Below are positions 26,308-35,872 of a stretch of 56,511 nt of DNA, piece by piece. This stretch comes from Patescibacteria group bacterium (GTDB lineage Bacteria > Patescibacteriota > Minisyncoccia > Phycocordibacterales > UBA918), in assembly GCA_019745315.1 (NCBI GenBank), contig JAIETH010000001.1, positions 259,295 through 315,805 of the forward strand, written 5' to 3'. Both the position numbers and the translations under genes were made by a program. Every line of letters begins with the position of its first letter. Position 1 is the stretch's first letter. The notes beneath the pieces are model-generated. The model had not been told where the DNA came from. It made no database searches and saw only the letters and a list, made by a program, of their open reading frames with translations.

Positions 26308-28023
26308 TTACCTATCAGGTGGTACGTCGTAGTAGTTGAGTAAGAACTTAGCTAAATCCATAAAAGGTCGAGTCAGGGTCTGAGACGCATACTCTACGTT
26401 TTGTGGCTCAACAGTATACAGGAATACAAGAAATTTGGGATCAAAGGCAGGAAAATAGCCAAAAAACGAGTGGAGATACCGATCGTCATAGTACCCTTTT
26501 CCATTCGGGAGTGCAATTTGAGCCGTTCCGGTCTTTGCAGCGATCGTATAGCGATCCATCTTCTCTTTTCCTCCCGCAAGAGCGGTGTCAACCACCTCAA
26601 CAAGCATGCGAGAGATCTCTTCGCTCGTTTTTTCACTAAAAACTCTCGTAGGAGCTCCAAATTCTACCTTCTTCTCACCTCCCGAATCATACATAATATC
26701 AGTCACCAAATGTGGTGTTATGAGCTCTCCTCCGTTCCCCAAGGCCGAGAGAGCGCGCACGGTTTCAAGTGGCGTCATGGCAATACCCTGACCAAAAGAA
26801 GCAGTTGCGTATTCAAGATCTCGCGGACTTTCAAGGTTTGCAGTGAGGCCGCTCGTTTCCCCCGGAAGATCGATACCTGTCTTTTGATCAAATGCGAGCG
26901 CTTTAAAATATGCACGGAAGCTGCTACGGCCCATTGTTTTTACAATATGTGCTACGCCCGTATTCAATGACTGATTCAAAACCTCCTGCATCGACACTTG
27001 ACCTCGCCCTTTTTTGTCAAAGTTATAAATGGTATATCCACTCATCTCGAGGAAACCCGGGTCGTAGTAGGTGCTCTCGGGCGTAATAGCTCCTGCATCG
27101 AGTCCTGCCGCAACAGTGAGAGGTTTAATAATAGAACCCATTTCATGCACCTGCTCAACAAGCGGATTATTAAATACACGAGGATCAGTAACTTCACTAA
27201 AGTCATTGAGGTTAAATCCTGGGTACACTGACATTGCGTATATCGCCCCCGTTTGAGGGTTTATAACAATACCTCCCGTTTCCTTACTCTGATACGTGTC
27301 ATGCGCACTCTTAAGATTTGATTCAAGTGCGCGCGCAACCGATGGCTCAAGAGTTGTCACGATGTGACCCTCTTTATTTTCCCCCGAATCAAATACGACA
27401 CTTCCGAAGTTTTCAAATATTTCAGCAAAAAAGTTTACAAAGAGGTTGTCTGAGTCTCGAGAGAGGACCTCTTCGTACGATCGCTCAAGTCCGTATCGCC
27501 CCCCAAGGGTATCTTCTTTGTATGCAACAAACCCTATTGTGCGTGAAAGAAGCTCATCTCCTGGATAGTATCGCCACTGATCTCTATAGAGTTGAATACC
27601 TTTGAGAGAAAGGGCTCGAATTTTTTCTGCATCTTTTTCAGAGACACGCTTGGCGATTTCTTCATACGGATCCCCCTTTTTTTCTGCTCGCTTCAAAAAA
27701 TCTTCTTTATCTATTGAAACAATGGCATTGAGTGCCTGATATGTTTTTTCTGCATCTTCTATAAAATCAGGATTAATAGCGACCGTATAGCCAACCTTAA
27801 GTGTTGCTGCAGAAACACGCTCACCATCTTTGGTGGTGAAATAAATAGTACCTCGATCAAAAATATTTTTTACCGAACCGACATACTGACCTTCTGCCTT
27901 TTCGGCATACTCTTTACCGTTACTTACCTGCACAAGATATAGCCTGACAATAAGCAAAACAGCCACTGCGAGGAGCAATGCTGTTAAGATGCGTACGCGA
28001 AATAAAATACTACCTCGTATCAT
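26308..28023 (-). CDS. ftsI: class B PBP, FtsI/PBP3
   Basis: DRGTI, R.YP, GSIIK (SxxK), SLN, KTGTAQ. Located in the dcw cluster. Confidence 0.9.
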   Translation of the reverse strand: MIRGSILFRVRILTALLLAVAVLLIVRLYLVQVSNGKEYAEKAEGQYVGSVKNIFDRGTIYFTTKDGERVSAATLKVGYTVAINPDFIEDAEKTYQALNAIVSIDKEDFLKRAEKKGDPYEEIAKRVSEKDAEKIRALSLKGIQLYRDQWRYYPGDELLSRTIGFVAYKEDTLGGRYGLERSYEEVLSRDSDNLFVNFFAEIFENFGSVVFDSGENKEGHIVTTLEPSVARALESNLKSAHDTYQSKETGGIVINPQTGAIYAMSVYPGFNLNDFSEVTDPRVFNNPLVEQVHEMGSIIKPLTVAAGLDAGAITPESTYYDPGFLEMSGYTIYNFDKKGRGQVSMQEVLNQSLNTGVAHIVKTMGRSSFRAYFKALAFDQKTGIDLPGETSGLTANLESPRDLEYATASFGQGIAMTPLETVRALSALGNGGELITPHLVTDIMYDSGGEKKVEFGAPTRVFSEKTSEEISRMLVEVVDTALAGGKEKMDRYTIAAKTGTAQIALPNGKGYYDDRYLHSFFGYFPAFDPKFLVFLYTVEPQNVEYASQTLTRPFMDLAKFLLNYYDVPPDR

Positions 28024-28330
28024 TGTGAGAAAGCACTAACGCGCCCTGTGCTTTTTCTATGAAAACTTTCTCTTCATTTTCTAAAAAACCATATGCGAGA
28101 GCTGTATCAAGACTCACCGCATCACGCGCTGCAATATATTCACTCTCCAACTCACTCACACGAGCCTGAGTACGTGTAATCTCCTGAGCAACCTCCTTGC
28201 GCACTACCACATGAGCAACAGCAGCACTCACAAAATATACGTACAAAACAAAAAGTATAAAAATAAAGGAAAGCGATGTATAGAAAAGCTTGCGTTCGAG
28301 TTGATATGTTGTGGTAGTTTTTCGGTTCAT
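28010..28330 (-). CDS. ftsL: FtsL-like division protein
   Basis: Single TM plus coiled coil, between rsmH and ftsI. Confidence 0.65.
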   Translation of the reverse strand: MNRKTTTTYQLERKLFYTSLSFIFILFVLYVYFVSAAVAHVVVRKEVAQEITRTQARVSELESEYIAARDAVSLDTALAYGFLENEEKVFIEKAQGALVLSHNDTR

Positions 28331-29226
28331 GATTTTTGAAAAATACGGAGCTTCGCACTACGGGCGCGAGGATTTTGTGCTAATTCCTCAGGACTCGCAG
28401 TACGTGGCTTTTTAGTAACAATAGTTCCTTTTTCTTCCGCCTCGAGAGCGCGATACTTCTGCTTCACAAGACGATCTTCAATGCTATGAAAGGTTATGAT
28501 CGCAAGATGGCCTCCTGAGACAAGAATCTTAAGCGATCCATCAATGAAGTCAGAGAGAACATCGAGTTCATCATTGACTGCGATACGAAGCGCTTGAAAT
28601 GTTTTGGTTGCAGGATGGATTCTTCCTTTCTGAAACCGTGCGGGAATAGCTTTTTTGATACACGCCACGAGATCGTCAGTGGTCTCGAGAGGTTTTTCTA
28701 CTCGAGCTCTGCAAATCTCATGAGCTATGCGACGAGCGAATCGCTCATCGGCATATGCATACAACGCATCAGCAATCGATTCTTCGCTCCATGTATTTAC
28801 AATGTCTCGTGCATCAAACGGAGCGAGAGCAGGATCTCCATAGGTCATAAGGAGTGGTTCATTCTTTTGAAATGAAAATCCTTTTCCCTCTGTTTCAAAC
28901 TGCTCACTATTCCATCCGAGGTCTGCGAGTATTGCATCAACGTGACTCAAAGAATGATCCTGAGCAATGTCTGCAATATTTCTAAAATTGCCGCACACTA
29001 CGTGAAGTGCCGCACCATTTGGGATTAAACGATCCGTAAGCTTACGAACCATCTCTGGATCACTATCTATAACAAAAAGTGTTCCAGAGCCCGCAAGCCT
29101 CTCTAGGATAAGCGCACTATGTCCTCCTCCTCCTCCAGTTGCATCTACCACAATGCTTCCTGGATTGATGAGAAGTCCTTCTGTCGCTTCGTGCGGAAGT
29201 ACCGTTATGTGTCGAGTATCCTCCAT
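28327..29226 (-). CDS. rsmH: 16S rRNA m4C1402 methyltransferase
   Basis: H.TVL, DAT.G.GGHS, DLG, HPATKTFQALRIAVNDEL, FHSIEDR, NPRARSAKLR. Confidence 0.96.
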   Translation of the reverse strand: MEDTRHITVLPHEATEGLLINPGSIVVDATGGGGGHSALILERLAGSGTLFVIDSDPEMVRKLTDRLIPNGAALHVVCGNFRNIADIAQDHSLSHVDAILADLGWNSEQFETEGKGFSFQKNEPLLMTYGDPALAPFDARDIVNTWSEESIADALYAYADERFARRIAHEICRARVEKPLETTDDLVACIKKAIPARFQKGRIHPATKTFQALRIAVNDELDVLSDFIDGSLKILVSGGHLAIITFHSIEDRLVKQKYRALEAEEKGTIVTKKPRTASPEELAQNPRARSAKLRIFQKS

Positions 29227-29229
29227 AGA

Positions 29230-29664
29230 CTACAAGACACCTATTTCTCCAAGTTTTTGAGCCAAGGCATTTCCCTGCTTCTCAATTCGCTTTTTGTACT
29301 CACTCCACACGTTCTCATCCCAGATTTCTACACGATCGTGAATTCCTGCAAGAACCACTTTGGTTCCGAGTCCTGCAAAATCCTTGAGGAAATCTGGAAC
29401 GAGAATTCGCCCCACGCTATCAATATCAACTTCAACTGCTCCTGAAAGGAAGAAACGATTGAATCCTCGTGTATCTGCTTGTCCGAGCGGTAGTTCAGCA
29501 ATTTTTGCGCTGATACGTTGCCATTCTTTAAGCGGATAGAGAAAGAGACAATTATCGAGTCCTCGAGTAACCACTACCTTTTTCCCAAGCTGCTGCCGAA
29601 ACTTAACTGGTAACGACAGTCTTTTTTTTGGGTCAAGAGAATGTGTATATTCGCCAATCAGCAT
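29230..29664 (-). CDS. mraZ: transcriptional regulator MraZ
   Basis: GEY.H.LD.K.RL.LP.KFR, D..GRILVP, D.VEIWD. Confidence 0.96.
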   Translation of the reverse strand: MLIGEYTHSLDPKKRLSLPVKFRQQLGKKVVVTRGLDNCLFLYPLKEWQRISAKIAELPLGQADTRGFNRFFLSGAVEVDIDSVGRILVPDFLKDFAGLGTKVVLAGIHDRVEIWDENVWSEYKKRIEKQGNALAQKLGEIGVL

Positions 29665-29707
29665 ATTCGTCTAACTTTTCTATAGAGAGGTCATCTGTAT
29701 AGATTTA

Positions 29708-29773
29708 CCACTATCTCCCACCACACTCACATTCTATAGCACTTGATCCCACCATACTACACTGTTATCCACA
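29708..29773 (-). promoter_or_regulatory. MraZ-binding repeat array and -10 box of the dcw promoter
   Basis: GTG(G) units spaced 10 bp apart at 29708, 29718 and 29739, 29749, 29759, 29769. TAGAAT at 29736-29731. Confidence 0.75.
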
Positions 29774-29780
29774 TTACATA

Positions 29781-29813
29781 CAAAAAACCACTGCGTCTGG
29801 CAGTGGTTTTTTG
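29781..29813 (-). terminator. terminator after lysS
   Basis: CAAAAAACCACTGC/GCAGTGGTTTTTTG stem. Confidence 0.8.
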
Positions 29814-29829
29814 TCCTCGTCTTTTACCC

Positions 29830-31308
29830 TTACTCTTTCTCTTCTTTATTTTCCTCCTTCTTAGGACGCATTAATGGAAAGAGTTGTACTTCTCGAAGTG
29901 GCTTATCAACTAAGAATGCAAAGAATCTCTCTCCGAAGCCGAAACCACATGTTGGTGGCATACCGTATTCGAGCATGTCGACAAATTCCCATTCAGGCAT
30001 CATCGCCTCATCGTCTCCTGCCGCAAGGAGTCCTTGCTGCACCTCAAAGCGTGCGCGCTGATCAAGAGGATCATTGAGCTCACTGTATCCACGTCCTACT
30101 TCGCTTCCCGCAATAATAGGTTGGAACATTTCTACAGTATTCCCGTCAGCTCGTGCTTTCGCAAGTGGTGCAACCAGTTTTGGATGATGCACGAGGAAAG
30201 CTGGGCCAGCAATATTCTTGCGGCAATACTTCCAGAGCGTATCCATCAAACGTTCACGATTCTTTCCTTCATACTTCACACCAAGCTCACGAAGCTTTGA
30301 CTCCATGTCGCTCTCTGACGCACTATAAATATCAATACCTGTCTGTTTTTTTATTTCTTCACCATAATCAATCTCCGGCCATTCAGCACTCAAATCAAAT
30401 GTATGCCCACGCGCGGTGAATTCTGTTTTTCCAAATACTTCTGTCGCAACCGTTCGATACAGATCCTGAACAAGTTTCATACCATCCTTATAATCCGCAA
30501 AGGCAAGGTAAAATTCCATATTGGTAAACTCTTGCAGGTGCTCAGGACTCGTTCCTTCGTTTCGGTATGCGCGACCAATTTCAAATGTTTTTGGAAAACC
30601 AGCAGCCATCAATCGCTTCTGCCATAGCTCTCCAATTGAGATACGCATAAACACATCCATATCGAAATCATTGTGATGTGTTTTAAATGGACGCGCTTCT
30701 GCTCCGCCGGTGGTTACCTCAAGTGTCGGAGTTTCAACCTCAAGAAAACCATGTGACTTCATGAAGTTTCGTACTGAATCCCAAAAGAGTGCTTTTTGTG
30801 CAAAGAGTGCACGCAAATCACCATCTTGCAGCAGATCAAGATATCGCTTACGGTAGCGCTCCTCAGAATCTTCAATGCCATACCACTCACTTGGAACAGC
30901 TTGGAGGGCTTTTGTGAGAATGCTCCACGAAAGAACTTTTATTGTTTTCTCACCACGCTTTGTAACAAAAGGAATTCCCTTTACCTCAATGAAGTCACTC
31001 GGATCAATTGCATCAGTAAAAAGTGTGTATGAGTCTTCTCCGATATCATCTTTCCCAATAAAAATTTGGATGCGTCCAAACCCATCAAAAATATCAGCAA
31101 ACGTTGATCCTCCGTGACGACGGAGTGACATAATCCGTCCTGCGATCACCGTCTCCGTCTCGCTTTCTACAAAAGAATCGAATTCAGAAATAACATCAGC
31201 GATCGTATGTGTACGCTGGCTTTTTGATGGGTATGGATTACAACCTGCGTCACGCAACAACTCTAGTTTACGCTCGCGCTCTTTTTGTATCTCTTCTTTT
31301 GATGACAT
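29830..31308 (-). CDS. lysS: lysine--tRNA ligase (class II)
   Basis: AGRIM, RYRKRYLDL, EVETP, GGAEARPF.THHN, YRNEG, YSELNDP, EYGMPPT.G.G.G. Confidence 0.96.
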   Translation of the reverse strand: MSSKEEIQKERERKLELLRDAGCNPYPSKSQRTHTIADVISEFDSFVESETETVIAGRIMSLRRHGGSTFADIFDGFGRIQIFIGKDDIGEDSYTLFTDAIDPSDFIEVKGIPFVTKRGEKTIKVLSWSILTKALQAVPSEWYGIEDSEERYRKRYLDLLQDGDLRALFAQKALFWDSVRNFMKSHGFLEVETPTLEVTTGGAEARPFKTHHNDFDMDVFMRISIGELWQKRLMAAGFPKTFEIGRAYRNEGTSPEHLQEFTNMEFYLAFADYKDGMKLVQDLYRTVATEVFGKTEFTARGHTFDLSAEWPEIDYGEEIKKQTGIDIYSASESDMESKLRELGVKYEGKNRERLMDTLWKYCRKNIAGPAFLVHHPKLVAPLAKARADGNTVEMFQPIIAGSEVGRGYSELNDPLDQRARFEVQQGLLAAGDDEAMMPEWEFVDMLEYGMPPTCGFGFGERFFAFLVDKPLREVQLFPLMRPKKEENKEEKE

Positions 31309-31344
31309 ATGTATGTATCCTACCTTGAGACAGAGTAAAATTCA

Positions 31345-31388
31345 AAGAGAAAAGAAAAGACCGCGGAAGCGGTCTTTTCTTTTCTCTT
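31345..31388 (-). terminator. terminator after greA
   Basis: AAGAGAAAAGAAAAGACCGC-GGAA-GCGGTCTTTTCTTTTCTCTT. Confidence 0.8.
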
Positions 31389-31863
31389 ATTTTACTTCGA
31401 TAACTTTATATGACTGCTTCCCGTTTGGTGTTGTGAATGTAAACGACTCACCTTTGTGCTTTCCCATAAGCGCTTCTCCAAGAGGAGAAAGATATGAAAG
31501 TTTGTGTTCGTGGATATTTGCCTCTTCTGAACCAACGATCGTGTAGATACGATTCTCTTTTTCTCCCTCTCTCTGAATAGTAGCAACTGATCCAAGTCCT
31601 ACAACAACACTTGCCTTCTTGTCTCCAACAACAATTTTTGCTTCTTTGATGACGCGCTCAAGGTGTTGAATTCGCTCCTCAATAGCTGCCTGCATGTCAC
31701 GAGCTTCTTGGTACTCAGCATTTTCTGAAAGGTCTCCAAGGCTTCGGGCATATTCGAGAGACTCCGCAACCTCTTTTCGCCGTGTCGTCCGTAGATACTC
31801 TAACTCCTTTTTTAATTCCTCAAACTTTTCAGGTGTAAGAAATGCATCGTGTGAGTCGCTCAT
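31387..31863 (-). CDS. greA: transcription elongation factor GreA
   Basis: GDLSENAEY, IVG.EEA, S..SPLG.AL. Confidence 0.96.
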   Translation of the reverse strand: MSDSHDAFLTPEKFEELKKELEYLRTTRRKEVAESLEYARSLGDLSENAEYQEARDMQAAIEERIQHLERVIKEAKIVVGDKKASVVVGLGSVATIQREGEKENRIYTIVGSEEANIHEHKLSYLSPLGEALMGKHKGESFTFTTPNGKQSYKVIEVK

Positions 31864-31925
31864 AGTATTTTGCAATGAATAGTGCGTACATTATACGTAC
31901 CAATCACAGGGAGTCAAATGAGTCC

Positions 31926-33614
31926 TTATTCTTCCTCCGTGTAAAGATCCGTAAAATACTCAGGCGTATTATCGCGCATCCATGTAAAAAACTGACTCAT
32001 AATTGGAGACGCGCCAAAGAGGTTTGCGTACGGTCCCCGCTCCATAAGTAAAAGAAAAGCGTACTTTGGTTTTTCATATGGATAAAAACCAACCACCCAT
32101 GAATTTACATATTTCTTTTGTGCATCAAGCTCAGCAGTTCCAGTTTTTCCTCCAAACGACATATCTCCCCGCTTCAGTGCTCGTGCAGTACCATCTTCTG
32201 CAGCGAGCTTCATGCCTTCGTGAATAACGCGAAGCGAAGATGGTGCAATAGGAAGTGCTATCGGAGTATTTTTTTCTCCCGCAACAATATATGGTGTATG
32301 CAATGTGCCACCATTGGCAATAGCAGCATACGCACGAAGCGCAGCGAGCGGTGTTGTTTGGAAACTAAATTGCCCAATTGATGTGTGATATGTATCTCCG
32401 AGACGCCATTCTTCATCGAGCCTTTCTTTTTTCCATGCAGGAGTTGGAATCAATCCATGCTCTTCTCCCCCAAGTGTAATTCCTGTCGGCTCATCAAATC
32501 CAAAGGCGTGCATATACTTACTTATTTTTTCGATACCAAGACCCTTCTGATCACCAAATCCTCCACCAATAACATAGAAATAGACATTTGATGATACCTG
32601 GATGGCGGTACGCATCGTTACAGCTCCGTGTGCCTTCCAATCAGAAAATACTGACGGACGCGATGGCGTGTAGGGATTCGGCACTGTGAGTGCCCCAGTA
32701 CTCACAATCACTTTGTTTGGATCAATAATATTTTCTTCAAGCGCAGCGAGCGCCATAAACGGCTTCACAATAGAACCTGGCGTATACAACCCCGAAATAA
32801 CTTTATTGAGAAACGGCAAACGTTCATCATCATTGTATGAATCAATTTCTTCACTCGATCCCCGAGTCATAACCTCCGGATCAAATGAGGGGTAGCTCAC
32901 CATCGTAAGGATTTCTCCCGTTTCAACATCCATAATTGCAGCGGCACCACTTCTAAAGTTTGCCTTTGCAGCTGACGTTGCAATATGGTCATAGAGCGCT
33001 TCTGTAAGCTCTGCATCAATCGTCAAGGTAATCGGCTCACCACTTTCTGGCATATGAACTATGTGCTCAGACACAAGATTTCCTAATGCATCTACTTCAA
33101 AAAGGCGTTCTCCATTTTTTCCTTTCAAGACATCTTCATATGCTGACTCTACCCCTCCTTGCCCTACATAGTCAGTACGAAAATAAAAACCTGAGCTATC
33201 TTTACGTGGATAATTTACATACCCAAGCACTTGCCCAAGCCCTCGTCTATCTGTGTACACACGTTCTGCAAAATCTCGAGAAGCTTCGCCTTCCGCATTC
33301 CACGCCAAGCGTTCTCCCTTTCTGTCATAGATAACACCGCGCTCTGCAAATATGTATGAAGTATCCAAGCGATTGTTTGCACTCCTATCTGCATACTCCT
33401 TCCCTTCTATTATTTGAAGTTTAAAAAGTTGTCCCAAGAAAATCAGTGCGATGAGCGAGAAAAATCCCCCCACAGCAAAAAGTCCTTTATAGGAAATAGG
33501 CATTTCCAATCGGCCCTCGAGCCGTCCTCGATTAAAGTCAGGAAGATTTGAGGAGTCAACAAGAATTTCATCAAAATCTATTGGGGTTATTTTCTTTTTT
33601 TTAAAAAAACGCAT
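31926..33614 (-). CDS. mrdA: class B PBP, MrdA/PBP2
   Basis: ERG.IYDR, PGSIVK, SSNVYFY, KTGTAE. Downstream of mreBCD. Confidence 0.9.
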   Translation of the reverse strand: MRFFKKKKITPIDFDEILVDSSNLPDFNRGRLEGRLEMPISYKGLFAVGGFFSLIALIFLGQLFKLQIIEGKEYADRSANNRLDTSYIFAERGVIYDRKGERLAWNAEGEASRDFAERVYTDRRGLGQVLGYVNYPRKDSSGFYFRTDYVGQGGVESAYEDVLKGKNGERLFEVDALGNLVSEHIVHMPESGEPITLTIDAELTEALYDHIATSAAKANFRSGAAAIMDVETGEILTMVSYPSFDPEVMTRGSSEEIDSYNDDERLPFLNKVISGLYTPGSIVKPFMALAALEENIIDPNKVIVSTGALTVPNPYTPSRPSVFSDWKAHGAVTMRTAIQVSSNVYFYVIGGGFGDQKGLGIEKISKYMHAFGFDEPTGITLGGEEHGLIPTPAWKKERLDEEWRLGDTYHTSIGQFSFQTTPLAALRAYAAIANGGTLHTPYIVAGEKNTPIALPIAPSSLRVIHEGMKLAAEDGTARALKRGDMSFGGKTGTAELDAQKKYVNSWVVGFYPYEKPKYAFLLLMERGPYANLFGASPIMSQFFTWMRDNTPEYFTDLYTEEE

Positions 33615-33632
33615 AGACGTGAGGTGTGCTCA

Positions 33633-33893
33633 TTATATTTTTTTTGAAACATTTGTATATCCACGAATATAAAAAACGCCAACGCACATACAGAGCGCTA
33701 TAAGTGTGTAGATACACGGAAACGGAAGATCAAAGGCGCGTACACCATAACTTGCATCAAGCAATACGCCGAGAACAATAAGCTCAAGAGGAAATGTAAA
33801 CCGTAAGGCATATATCATACTGCCTAAAAGATAGACCCAGAATGGGAGAAAGAAAGCTACGCCGAGAAGTACTATGTATGCACCTATTCGCAT
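33633..33893 (-). CDS. small membrane protein in the mreD position
   Basis: 86 aa and hydrophobic, with a G.LLD motif, between mreC and mrdA. Confidence 0.6.
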   Translation of the reverse strand: MRIGAYIVLLGVAFFLPFWVYLLGSMIYALRFTFPLELIVLGVLLDASYGVRAFDLPFPCIYTLIALCMCVGVFYIRGYTNVSKKI

Positions 33894-33894
33894 G

Positions 33895-34830
33895 TTACGG
33901 AGTCGTTGATGATGTGGTACCCAGTAAATCTGGGATAATGAGCACATCTTCTTTAAGTAACTCTTCACTCAAAATTCCAAGCGCCGAAGACGTACTGTGC
34001 GCTCGCGCATCTCTCAGTATTGCGACAGCATCTTCATACGGTATATGCTCTGTCACATCTTTTTCAACGCTTACCGTACGCAATGATGAGAGAGCTTCTT
34101 TTTGAACTATAAAACCATACTGCTCGGGATTAGACGGGACAGATTCAATGTATGCAATTTCTCCATAGATATCGGTATTCCCAACAGGCACAGTCACAAC
34201 GTCGCCTACCGTCAACGGAACCCCTTGGGGGACTGATACACGCAATACGCCACCCCCCTGACCTTCTGCGCGTGCAAAAACACGAGCTCCGTGTATAAAG
34301 ACCGGCGTTTCAATATCAGGAGTTGAAAATAATACAACGATAGAACTATGAGAAAACACGCGAGCAACAGTACCAATTGGTACATTATGTACATATACAA
34401 ACGCTGATTCTTTTATACCTCCATCCTGCCCACGATTAAGTACGATTGTGTCATAGGGAGTATCGTTTGGATGGCGCACAACATCTGCAAGAATACGTGA
34501 CGTTCCATGCTCTGATTCTTTTCGTAATGAGAGAATTTCTTCTTCGAGCACCTTAAGTCGCTGCGCATCGTAGATCGCTGTATTCATATCCTCTTTGAGA
34601 TCTTCAATCTCACGCGCGAGTTCCGCACGAGTCGTAAAAAAAGAAGAAACGGGAGACATGCTGTCCCCTATCCAAACTCGAATAGAATAGAATGGTCGCA
34701 TAAGATACGAACCCACGACTCCGAGCGGGGCGCTAAAAAAATACAGAAGAATAATGGCGCATACGAATGCAGCGCCATAATATCGTATGGTATACACCTG
34801 ACTAGAACGCTGCCGAGAATTCATTCTCAT
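33895..34830 (-). CDS. mreC: rod shape-determining protein MreC
   Basis: TM, coiled coil, I.LNRG..GGI, IG.V..V....S.V. Follows mreB. Confidence 0.85.
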   Translation of the reverse strand: MRMNSRQRSSQVYTIRYYGAAFVCAIILLYFFSAPLGVVGSYLMRPFYSIRVWIGDSMSPVSSFFTTRAELAREIEDLKEDMNTAIYDAQRLKVLEEEILSLRKESEHGTSRILADVVRHPNDTPYDTIVLNRGQDGGIKESAFVYVHNVPIGTVARVFSHSSIVVLFSTPDIETPVFIHGARVFARAEGQGGGVLRVSVPQGVPLTVGDVVTVPVGNTDIYGEIAYIESVPSNPEQYGFIVQKEALSSLRTVSVEKDVTEHIPYEDAVAILRDARAHSTSSALGILSEELLKEDVLIIPDLLGTTSSTTP

Positions 34831-35872
34831 TGTCTATAAGTACTTCATTAAATCTCTCAAGATTCTCAAGGATAATACCCGTACCGCGCACTACAGAGGT
34901 AAGTGGGTCAGGAACAATATGCACCGTTACCTGGAGAGCCTCTTCAAGTAGCTGAGCCACCCCTGGAATCAACGCCCCGCCACCAGAGAGGAATATTCCT
35001 CGCTGCATCACATCAGCAAGTATTTCAGGAGGTGTACGCTCGAGAACGTCTCGCACGGCTTCTATGATTGAATCTATAGAATGTGATATCGCCTCTCGCA
35101 CATCAGCATCCGTTATCATCACCTCTCGAGGGAGACCAGTTACCACATCACGACCTCGCACCACTGTTTCCTTGGCAGTGTCTAAGCGCATAATCGACGC
35201 AAGAAGTATTTTTAAATCTTCTGCAGTCCTGTCGCCTATCAGTACTTTAAAGTGATCTCGGATATAACTTGTTACGTTATCATCGAGCGTATCACCAGCA
35301 ATACGCAAGTTTCGTGACACAACAATGCCGTTGAGAGAAATAATAGCTATATCGGTCGTACCACCACCTATATCGATGATCATATTGCCTACAGGCATAT
35401 GCACGGGGAGCTTTGCGCCAATTGCTGCAGCCATAGGCTCTTCTACAAGAAGTACTTCGCGTGCTCCTGCATTTTTTGCAGCGTCACGCGCTGCGCGCAT
35501 TTCAACATTAGTAATACCTGAAGGAACACCAATCAATACGCGAGGTCCTATGATCGAACGAGAATCATTCCGTATTTTTCCAATAACATACGCAAGAAGC
35601 TCTTCGGTCATTTCAAAGTCAGAGATCACGCCATCAACGAGAGGTCGCACAACTTTTATATGTGCAGGCGTACGGCCAAGCATGTTTTTTGCACTCTTCC
35701 CAACAGCAACCAACTGACCTGTTTTAGTATTAAGCGCAACCATCGTAGGTTCATTAAGAACCACGCCTTTATTACGCTGGTATACCAAAGTATTTGCAGT
35801 ACCAAGATCAATCCCGATATCAGTCGAGAGAGCAGCAAATATTCTACCTAATAGACGCCTAATTTTGTTCAT
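34802..35872 (-). CDS. mreB: rod shape-determining protein MreB
   Basis: DIGIDLGTANT, RPL.DGVI.DF, EEPMAAAIGA, DIGGGTT, GGGAL. Confidence 0.95.
   Translation of the reverse strand: MNKIRRLLGRIFAALSTDIGIDLGTANTLVYQRNKGVVLNEPTMVALNTKTGQLVAVGKSAKNMLGRTPAHIKVVRPLVDGVISDFEMTEELLAYVIGKIRNDSRSIIGPRVLIGVPSGITNVEMRAARDAAKNAGAREVLLVEEPMAAAIGAKLPVHMPVGNMIIDIGGGTTDIAIISLNGIVVSRNLRIAGDTLDDNVTSYIRDHFKVLIGDRTAEDLKILLASIMRLDTAKETVVRGRDVVTGLPREVMITDADVREAISHSIDSIIEAVRDVLERTPPEILADVMQRGIFLSGGGALIPGVAQLLEEALQVTVHIVPDPLTSVVRGTGIILENLERFNEVLIDNENEFSAAF

Noticed and set aside
29765-29773. oriC
   Set aside because: A single DnaA box, with no box cluster, unwinding element or dnaA/dnaN nearby.
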